Below the pieces are notes generated by a model. It worked only from the letters and a program-made list of their open reading frames with translations, was not told the DNA's origin and made no database searches. This document shows, piece by piece, positions 40,082 to 49,584 of a stretch of 64,000 bases of DNA (position 1 is the first letter of the stretch; each line of letters begins with the position of its first letter). The stretch comes from Nymphaea colorata. Taxonomy: Eukaryota. The stretch is from the NCBI RefSeq assembly GCF_008831285.2, contig NC_045138.2, positions 15,066,001-15,130,000 of the forward strand, written 5' to 3'. The position numbers and the translations under genes are program-made.

Positions 40082-40245
40082 CCACGTGGCGGTGGCGGCC
40101 GAGGGGTTCCGGACGGGACGCCCGGCGCCGGTGAATGATGATTTTTGCCAGCCCCCCACGAAATCATGGCCGAGCTTTCCCCTCCAGAACGGCTGCGGCA
40201 ATCATGCCGTCCTCCTGAACCCCCCCCGCCCTCTCCACTATAAAT
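40082..40245 (+). promoter_or_regulatory. Putative proximal promoter of CLE copy A: G-box CCACGTGG (40082..40089) and TATAAAT (40239..40245)
   Basis: TATA lies 101 nt upstream of the ATG, is followed by a pyrimidine-rich leader, and ends a GC-rich island (~39880-40240). Confidence 0.55.
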
Positions 40246-40339
40246 GTTCTACTTCCATTTCTAGAAACAACCACCGACCTTCCTCTCCCTCCGCCTCCTC
40301 CTTTCTCGACGGAAAAGTTTTGCTTTCTGTGTCGACGAC

Positions 40340-40769
40340 ATGGCACGCCGCGGGACCGCGCTGCTCTTGGCGTTTCTCGTGGCCCTGAGTCTTCTTCTAG
40401 ATGGTGGCAATGGTGAGTTTACGCTCTCCCTGTCTCTTTCCTTCCCTAGTGAAGGAATATTCAACGTTCCTTCTTCTCAAGAGTTGGTCTGAGTGTCTAA
40501 AAGCGAGTGAATGATTTTTGACATGGTTTCTTTTTGCTGTTTGGCGTCTACTTCTGATCGAATTTCTACTTTAACTTCATTGCTTATCTCTGTTGACTGT
40601 GGTTGTAACAGGGGCAAGAGGAGCAGCTGTTCATGGGTTTGGAGCTCCGAAGCTAAGGAGAGCAGCAGGAAACATGGGAAAGACTGAAGAGTGGCTGCTG
40701 AGGCAGGTCCCTTCTGGTCCGGACCCTCTTCATCATAATGGTAGCCCGAGGAAGCCCCAGACTCCTTGA
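40340..40769 (+). CDS. CLV3: CLAVATA3-like CLE peptide precursor, copy A; exons 40340..40412 and 40612..40769; 76 aa
   Basis: MARRGTALLLAFLVALSLLLDGGNG|ARGAAVHGFGAPKLRRAAGNMGKTEEWLL-RQVPSGPDPLHH-NGSPRKPQTP*. Signal peptide; CLE box one residue from Arabidopsis CLV3 (RTVPSGPDPLHH); WxLR context and C-terminal extension typical of the CLV3/FCP1 clade; phase-1 intron G|gtgag...aacag|GG. Orthology untested. Confidence 0.88.
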
Positions 40770-41098
40770 TATCGTTTTTCCATAGCGTCGGTTCGCCCTC
40801 TGCGGCTCACAATTTCACCTTTTTCTTGGTGCGGCTAATCTTTGTGATGGGAAATCTTATATAATATATACACATGAATGGACGTGTAGCTCTGTGGCCT
40901 TGGTTCACAAGTTAAGCGTACGTACCGGTGACTTTGTGGATCATCGTCGTCGATATATATGTAATATGTACGTAGGAAATTGACGTATTAAAGGAGAAGA
41001 TGGCCATGTTCTGCCTCTTTTGATGTAATGCTTTTGCACCCTCGTTTTCATAATGAAAATTTAATGTGTAAATGATCTTAGCCGTCTATCTTTCTTTC

Positions 41099-41155
<57 letters not shown>

Positions 41156-44016
41156 GGCCTGTTTATATCCTTGAGTGGAGTGATTGTCCTTGCACCTCTA
41201 GAAGCACTTCGTGCGTTTATAGTTCGATTGGGGTTTGCAGCTTTTCTCTTGCTTACGTTGTTAGCAGCAGAGGTTCCCACAGTTCTGGAATTTCCATACC
41301 AAACTTAAAAGTTTTATTGATAATGGTCAAAGCATAGTCCCTCCCATTCCATCCATCCATGCTGACAAAAATTTCAGTTAGTAATGAGCAGAATTACTTT
41401 ATCTTGGATTGTTATCGTATTCATTAGTTATCGTTACTTTTTTCTAGTGGGTAAGGCATCAGTGGGCGCAAGCACAAGTTTATGAAACTTGCATATCTTA
41501 TAAGAGGAAAAAAAAAAGTAAATTTTCAAAATTTTATTAATAGCTACCTTAATAGAAATCATCTCATGAATTCGGTTTCTTTCTAATATTATATGACAAT
41601 TGTGGTCTTGTCGTGTATTAATCTTTTGCTTGTCCTTGAGAAAGTCCTGTATTTTCAAAATTCTTTACGTCTGTAAAATATAAGTGAAGAACAAACTTCT
41701 GTTAACAAATTAACGTTAATGATCAGACTAAAATGGGTTAAGTCGCAAAGGTAGAATCTTGGTCGCCCGTAACTTAATAATGAACCTGAGGATCATCCAA
41801 ATGGGAGAGAGGCAGTCTGTCGATGCTTTTTTTGATGGGTATGGGTGATTTACGTGAAAGATCTGTCAGAGATTACGGCAGAATCTTTCTTTTACGTTTA
41901 TCGGTGACAGGATCATGCAGGGAAGAAGATTTGCTTTCAATTAACTCGGTGTCAGATCTTCGAGAACGCAAAATTCATAACGCCGGCCGCATTAATTTAA
42001 CAGCTTCAAACCAGAAGACGACGCATTACTCGATGTTTAATGTGATCAGAGACGTAGCTGATTTAACGGCGACCAACTAATTCTTATAAATCTATAAATT
42101 GCTTGAATTGAACGCATACTTAAGACTAAATATCACTTCATACGTACGATTAAGAGTCATGGACACACAACCCTCTCGTGCAAAACTTTTTCATGGATCG
42201 CATGTCACGATCCGTCCTTCGAAAACAATAATTGCTAGATTCTCGACAAGTGTTTTTGCCGTTTGGGCACAAGTGTCCTGCGTTTGGGGCAGTGACCTAC
42301 ACTTGACGTCACGAGGGATACGGACCCGATGGGGCTCTTAACGGACTCTTCAGCGTACGAAGAGCAGGACAAAAAAGGGTATTTCGGTAAATGAGCACGT
42401 CCCGGCACCCCATAATTCGGAAGAAGGGCGGGAGCGGCATCTCTGGTTAGTGTTTGTAAGGCGACGGCGGTACAGTTGGCCGAGGGTTAGATCCGGATCC
42501 TGATGTTTGATTGAAACCTTTCGGGTCCAATTTGTAATCATCAACGTTGGATCTCCAGCCCCTGCCTGTTGGACATGGGCAGATGGAAGATTAAAGCACC
42601 AACACAAAAAAAAAAGGAAAAGGGATGATGTTACGGGCCCGGGACGCTGGGGAGTTCGGATCGGATGGAGCGTTTGTTACTCTTTCATGAATTTGCTTCA
42701 TAAACTAGATCAGATTCTCTTAAAATTGTTACTCAATGTTTCATGATTCTACTTTAATATTTAGGACAGGTTTACGATGAAGTAACAAGTTGTCGTTGTT
42801 GCTAAAAAATGTCTCTTATGGTTATCGAGAATTTGGATCTCTCTTGCATGTCTTTTGTTTCTCCAAAATTCAGTCAACTTCATTAAATGCAATGTTTTCC
42901 AAGTTCTTTTTTTTTTTGTTTTTCTTTTTTCCAACTTTCACTTCATGTAGTGTTTCCTTTAGACGGCAAACTGTTTAAACTTAATTTTGAGTTCACTCCC
43001 GCCTAGCTTTCAACATCTTTCATTCATTTAAATATTTGGTATCTAAGGATGTCAATAGATTGGGTTTGAAATGGATGCAACGTTTACCATATCTAATTTT
43101 TCGAATGTTCAATACAAATAAACAAAAGTTTATCCCATTTCCAAATCCGATTTTTAGATTAGCGATTCCAATCAGACTTTTATTTTCATATCTGAATCTC
43201 ATTTTGAACACCCAACTAAATATGAACCGCAATATGATGGGTTAAGAACCTACCTTGAAAATGTAACTAGAATATTGGATGTTTATTTGAAACTCCGTTC
43301 AACACAATCAACTACTTGTTTAAAAATGAACCGGAATCGGAAAAAATGCTGTTTTCTTAAATTCAAATCTAATCCAATTTTTTAATCAAATGTTAAACCT
43401 TTTTTGTTACATAACCCACTTTTTTGTATCAGATCGATGGGATATCTGATTCAAGTAGAAGCTTCTTCTTACATCTTCTGTATAAATACATTGAAAGTGG
43501 AAAAGTAGTTTGCACAGTTCCTGGAAAAACAGTTTGTGGGAATCTACCAAGTCAACCTTCGTATCATTTCTGCGTTCCAAGAGTACAATTTCCATGTTTT
43601 TTTTTTCTATGCTCACTGAAATAAGTTTTTAGAATATATACCGAAGAGGAGGGAAGCTTTATGGACGGTCATAATCCACCAATAGTGTCTAACATAACTG
43701 TAGAGCTGTCGAATTTTAGCGGTTATTAGTAGACTCCACTTGCTTTTCAACTATTGTTATTATATATATATATATACCCATAGATTCCATTATCTTCCTG
43801 TCAGCCAGAATTGACATCTTCTGTACACCAGTGAATTATGAAATATGATTTCAGAAATCCTGCGCATCCAAACCAGGTGCTCCCTGGCTTCTCCAACCCA
43901 ACTTATGATGTTGCCCTTCATTTTAATTCTACTCCACACCACCTCTTCTGGCTATACTCATTTCATTGATTCATTCCTTGCAAATATTTCTCCTCTCTTG
44001 GGTTTCCAAAAGATTC

Positions 44017-44812
44017 ATGCCAAGTTATCAAGGGGCACGTCCAAAGGCAAGCCAACCCAATGAAGCACAGCAGCAGGCCACAGCAAGCTACTGCAGTTTC
44101 TGCAAGCGAACACCACAACCATCAATTGTACCATGAGCCCAGTGACAACTGCTATGTGAAATTCAACGGCAGCCATGGACGGATCCTCAGCCTCTTGCTC
44201 AAGTTTGTTCTTGCCTTCTCTGTCATCCTCTGCTTTGGTGATCCGATTGCCGTGCTCCTTCTCAGACCAGCCATGGTTGAGGTCAGCTTTGAGAAGGCAT
44301 CACTAACAAAGTTCAGCATCACCAACAAGAACATCCTGAATTTCAATCTTGCTTTGGATGTCAGAGTGAGGAGCCCCAACAAGAAAATTGGCATCTATTA
44401 TGAAAGCCTTGAAGCAGTTGCTTTCCACAGGGGCGAGCGGCTTGGTTCGGTTTCGGTGCGGAGTTTCTATCAAGAGCTTGAAAACACGACGTAAGTTCAC
44501 CCTGTATTTAGGGGCCACTTACCGGCCGGTCACTATGTTGTGGTTGAAGATAGGGCTTTTAGTGCAGGGAGATATGAACCGGAGGTGAATTGCCCTTTGT
44601 TGATTCACTTGGGCTCTGTAACTTCATCAAAAAATGCAGAGCTCAAATGGTCAAGATGTGAGGCTGAATTTCACCCTCTGATTTTTTCCCCTCGGATTCT
44701 AAGCTATATTGTCCCCTTCACGTTGGTTGTATTATATTTGTTGGTACCGGGTTTTGTACATTTTATACGATTGAGTCTTGGAGGAAAAAGGAAAGTACCG
44801 TTCAAGCTTTGA
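44017..44812 (+). pseudogene. NDR1/HIN1-like (LEA_2) pseudogene, copy A
   Basis: Versus copy B: TAT>TAA nonsense at 44492..44494, a 74-nt deletion after ~44531, a further 1-nt deletion, one extra base between the two ATGs (44017/44060), and the stop changed TGA>CGA. Confidence 0.9.
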
Positions 44813-45351
44813 ATGAAAGGCTTGTGAGTTCAAGTTGAAGAACGTAAAGAGCTGGACGCATGTTCCTGCATCCTTAACTAATCGGTGTAATTCCGCCTAG
44901 CCCCTGTTTGCTGATCACGAAAATGTAAAACAAAGATGTAAAGTGTATCGAGAAAATGTAAAACTTCGAGAAAATCTAACTGAAATTTGGGTGGCGATAA
45001 TGACGTGTATGGATTGTCCTCCTCTTAAGAAGCGATGAAGACAAGTTAGGCATTCAGGTTGAGATCTGTTCTAAGACAGATGAGTATGGCCATGAAGTCC
45101 GGATGTCACAAAAGATGGTGTTTTCCTGCCACAGGTTTGTCCTTTTTTCTTAATGCAAGAAAGTAGACACAACTAAGACAAATGAGGAAAAGTGCTACTT
45201 CTTTTGAAGTACGTTCTGGTTGAGAGAACGAACACGAGCTGTGGGGGCTGTTGACTGATGTTCTGGGCTGTCTGTTTATTCTTTTGTAAGATGCTTACCC
45301 TTTATGTGTTTGTTCTTCTTAACAAAAGAACCAGGGATCTATATATGTTCA

Positions 45352-45595
45352 TGTTAAGGAAAGATGTCAACGGATGAAGATTGGCTACCGTGTGAAGAAT
45401 CATCTTATCTTATTAAGGAAAGAGATGTCAACGGTTAAAGATTGGCAATCAAGGATTTACCCTGTCAAGAATCTTCTAATATTACCATATGTATAGCAGC
45501 CTTGTAACATTGTACTGTGTACAACCTTATTGCCAAATAACTCCACTTTGTAACGTGTAATCAATACATTATATAATCTAAAGAATACTCTTGCA
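45352..45595. mobile_element. LTR-like filler at the duplication junction
   Basis: Starts TGTTAAG, ends TTGCA, and contains an internal ~30-bp repeat (taaggaaag..atgtcaacgg.t.aagattggc). Not present upstream of unit A or downstream of unit B. No TSD seen. Confidence 0.4.
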
Positions 45596-45670
45596 AAAAA
45601 AACGCCTACCTTCCTCTCCCTCCGCCTTCTCCCTTCTTGACGGAAAGGTTTTGCTTTCTGTGTCGACGAC

Positions 45671-46102
45671 ATGGCACGAGGCCGGACCGTGCTGCTCTTG
45701 GCGTTTCTCGTGGCCCTGAGTCTTCTTGTAGATGGTGGCAATGGTGAGATTGCGCTCTTTCCGTCTCTTTCCATCCCGAGTGAAGGAATATTCAACGTTC
45801 CTTCTTCTCAAGAGTTGGTCTGAGTGTCTAAAAGGGAGTGAATGATTTTTTACATGCTTTTTGGTGTTTGGCGTCTACTTCTGTTCGAATTCCTACTTTA
45901 ACTTCATTGCCTGGCTCTATTGACTGTGGTTCTTACAGGGGCAAGAGAAGCAGCTGTTCATGGGTTTGGATCTCCGAACGTAGGGAGAGCAGCAGGAAGC
46001 ATGCGAAAGACAGAAGAGCGGCAGCTGTCGCAGGTCCCTTCTGGTCCAAACCCTCTTCATCATAATGATAATGGTAGCCCGAGGAAGCCGCAGACTCCTT
46101 GA
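45671..46102 (+). CDS. CLV3-like CLE precursor, copy B, with altered peptide; exons 45671..45743 and 45939..46102; 78 aa
   Basis: MARGRTVLLLAFLVALSLLVDGGNG|AREAAVHGFGSPNVGRAAGSMRKTEERQL-SQVPSGPNPLHH-NDNGSPRKPQTP*. Frame and splice sites intact; expression unknown. Confidence 0.75.
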
Positions 46103-46408
46103 TATCGTTTTTCCATAGCGTCAGTTCGCCTTCTACGGCTCACAATTTCACCCTTTTCTCGGTGCGCCAAATCTTTGTGATGGGAAATTTTAGTTAATAA
46201 ATGGACGTGTGGCTCTGTAGTCATTTATTTTAGTTAATAATTTATTTTAGTTAATAAATGGACGTGTGGCTCTGTGTTCTTGGCTGACAAGAAATCGAGC
46301 GTTCGTACCGGTGACTTTGTGTAGCATCGTTTTCATAATGAAAATTTAAAGCGTAGATGATCTTTGCCGTCTATCTTTCTTGTCTTTTATATATATATAT
46401 ATATATAT

Positions 46409-46440
<32 letters not shown>

Positions 46441-48765
46441 CCTTCATATTTGGGATTTGCAGCTTTTCTCTTGCCTACGTTTCTAGCGGCAGGGTTTCTC
46501 ACAGTACTGGAAATTCCAGACCAAACTAAAGTTTAAGTTTTGATGATGGACACAGCATAGTCCCTCCCATTCCATCCGTCCATGATCCAAACATAGTGTG
46601 AGCTGACAAAAAATTCAGTTAATAAGCAATAATTAGCAGAATTACTTCATCTTGGATTGTTATCGTATTGATTAGTTCTCGTTACTCTTTTCTAGTGGGT
46701 AAGGCATCAATGTGTGCAAGGCAAGTTTATGAAATTTGTATATCCTTTATAAGAGAAAAAAATGTAAATATTCCAAATTTAATTAACAGCTATCTTAATA
46801 TAAGTCATCTCATGAATTTGGTTTCTTTCTAATATTATATAACAAATTGTGCTATTATCGTGTATTAATCTTTTGCTTGTGCTCGAGAAAGCCTCTCTAT
46901 ATTTTCAAAATTCTTTACGGATGTACAATATAAGTGAAGATCAAACTTCTGTCAACAAATTAACCTTAATGATCAGACTAACATGGCTCAGGTCCCAAAG
47001 GTAGAACCTTGATCGCCCATAACTTAATAATGAACCTGAGGAAATTAAACTCTGATCAAACCCATCCAAATGGGAGAGAGAGGCAGATTAAGGCCAGTGT
47101 GTCGACGCTTTTTTTTTATGGGTATGGGTTATTTACGTGAAAGATCGGTTCAGAGATTACGGCAGAATCTTTCTTCTGCGTTTATCGGTGACAGGATCAT
47201 GAAGGGAAGAAGATTTGCTTTCAATTAACTCTGGGTGTCAGATCTTCGGGAACGCAGAAAACGTAACGCCGGCCGCTTCTTCTTCCTGTCATTAATTTAA
47301 CAGCTTCAAGTTCAAACCAGAAGACGACGCAGTACTCCATGTTTAATGTGATGCGAGAAGTAGCTAATTTAACGACGACCAACTTCTTCTTAAGACTAAA
47401 TATCGTTTCATACGTACGATTAAGAGTTGCGGACACACAATCCTCTCGGACAAAACTTTTTCCTGGATCGCATCTCACGATCCGTCCTTCGAAAACAATA
47501 ATTGCTCGATATGTTATTCTCGATGAAATGTTTTTGCCGTTTGGGCACGAGTGTCCCGCGTTTGGGGCAGTGTCCTACACTTGCCGTCACGAGGGATACG
47601 GGACCGATGGGGCTCTTAACGGACTCTCGAGTGTACGAAGAGCAGGACAATAAAAGGGTATTTTGGTAAATGGGGAGGACTGAGCATCGCTTAATTAGGA
47701 AGAAGAGCGGGAGCGGGAGCGGCATCTCTGGTTCGTGTTTGTAAGGCGACGGCGGTACAGTTGGCCGAGGGTCAGATCCGGATCCTGATGTTTGATTGAA
47801 ACCTTTCGGGTCCAACCCGTAATCATCATCGCTGGATCTCCAGCCCTGCCTGTTGGACTTGGGCAGATGGAAGATTAAAGCACAAAAAAAAAAGAGAAGG
47901 GAAGATGTGACGGGCCAGGGACGCTGGGGCGTTCGGATCGGATCGAGTCATAGGAAGAGTTGTTTCTATTTCATGAATTTGCTTTATAAATTAGGTCAGA
48001 TTCTCTTAAAATTGTAACACATTGTTTCATGATTCTATTTTAATATTTAAGACAGTTTTATGACACAGTAGCAAGTTGTTATTGTTGCTAAATTGCTACA
48101 TATGAACCGGAATCGGAACAAATGCCGTTTTCTTAAATTCAAATCTAAAAAATGTTAAAAACTTTTTTTGTCCACATCCCACTTTTTTGAATCAATTCGA
48201 TGGGATATCTAATTCACATAAAAACTTCTTCTTACATCTTCTGTAAGAATACATTAAAAGTGAACAAGTAGTTTGCACCGTTCCTGGAAAATGAATTTGT
48301 GGGAATCTACCGAGTCAACCTTCGTATCATTTCTAAGTTTCAAGAGTACAATTTCCATAATTTTCAATGCTCTCTGAAATAAGTTTTTAGAATATATACC
48401 GAAGAGGAGCGCAGCTTTATGGACGGTCATAATCCACCAGTAGTGCCTAACATGTCTGTTGAGCTGTCGATTTTTAGCGGTTATTGGTAGACTCCACTTG
48501 CTTTTCAACTATTGTTATTATATATATATATATACCCATAGATTCCATTATCTTCCTGTAAGCCAGAATTGACATCTTCTGTATACCAGTGAATTATGAA
48601 ATATGATTTCAGAAATCCTGCGCATCCAAACCATGTGCTCCCTGGCTTCCCCAATCCAACTTATGGTGTTGCCTTTCATTTTAATTGTACTTTTCTGGCT
48701 ATATACTCATTTCATTGATTCATTCCTCGGAAACATTTCTCCTCTCTTGGGTTTCCAAAGGATTC

Positions 48766-49584
48766 ATGCCAAGTGATCGAGGGCAGGTCGAAAAGCAAGC
48801 CAACCCAATGAAGCAGAGCAGCAGCCCACCGCAAAGTACTGCAGTTACTGCCAGCGAACACCACAACCATCAATTGTACCATGATAACTGCTATGTGAAA
48901 TTCAACGGCAACCATGGACGGATCCTCAGCCTCTTGCTCAAGTTTGTTCTTGCCTTCTCTGTCATCCTCTGCTTTGGTGACCTGATTGTCATGCTCCTTC
49001 TCAGACCAGCCATGGTTGAAGTCAGCTTTGAGAAGGCATCACTAACAAAATTCAGCATCACCAACAAGAACATCCTGAATTTCAATCTTGCGTTGGATGT
49101 TAGAGTGAGGAGCCCCAACAAGAAAATTGGCATCTATTATGAAAGCCTTGAAGCAGTTGCTTTCTACAGGGGCGAGCGGCTTGGTTCCGTTTCGGTGCCA
49201 AGTTTCTATCAAGAGCCTGAAAACACGACGTATGTTCACCCTGTATTTAGGGGCCGCTTCCCGGCCGGTCTCGGTTATGGTGTTTTCCGGGATTATATTA
49301 ATGGGAGACATCAGCGTTGGTTTCAAGTTGACGTTAAGTTTTTCACTAAGTTGTGGTTGAAGATAGGGCCTCTGAGTGCAGGGAGATATGAACCAGAGGT
49401 GAATTGCCCTTTGTTGGTTCACTTGGGCTCTGTAACTTCATCAAAAAATGCAGAGCTCAAATGGTCAAGATGTGAGGCTGAATTTCACCATCTGTTTTTT
49501 TCCCCTCGGATTCTAAATTATATTGTCCTCTTCACGTTGGTTGTATTATATTTGTTGGTACCGGTTTTTGTACATTTTATATGA
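48766..49584 (+). CDS. NDR1/HIN1-like (LEA_2) protein, copy B; 272 aa from ATG 48766 (alternative ATG 48808)
   Basis: Single N-terminal TM then LLRP..FEKASLTKF, RSPNKKIGIYYE, FYRGERLG, PSFYQ, KIG..Y.P.V.C.L, SRC; extra hydrophobic C-terminal tail. Confidence 0.88.
   Translation: MPSDRGQVEKQANPMKQSSSPPQSTAVTASEHHNHQLYHDNCYVKFNGNHGRILSLLLKFVLAFSVILCFGDLIVMLLLRPAMVEVSFEKASLTKFSITNKNILNFNLALDVRVRSPNKKIGIYYESLEAVAFYRGERLGSVSVPSFYQEPENTTYVHPVFRGRFPAGLGYGVFRDYINGRHQRWFQVDVKFFTKLWLKIGPLSAGRYEPEVNCPLLVHLGSVTSSKNAELKWSRCEAEFHHLFFSPRILNYIVLFTLVVLYLLVPVFVHFI

Larger units (their letters stand above)
40275..45350 (+). repeat. Tandem segmental duplication, unit A (CLE gene + NHL pseudogene)
   Basis: Colinear with 45603..50222 through introns, UTRs, the TA/GA microsatellite and intergenic DNA; offset 5331 at the 5' end. 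Confidence 0.93.

Noticed and set aside
40450..40486. Middle exon of the CLV3-like gene
   Set aside because: Including it shifts the CLE exon out of frame, and the acceptor tag is gag in copy B.
27396..46102. TMK kinase plus CLE genes as a linked receptor-ligand module
   Set aside because: CLV3-type peptides are perceived by CLV1/BAM, CLV2/CRN and RPK2, not by TMKs as far as established; proximity alone is not evidence.
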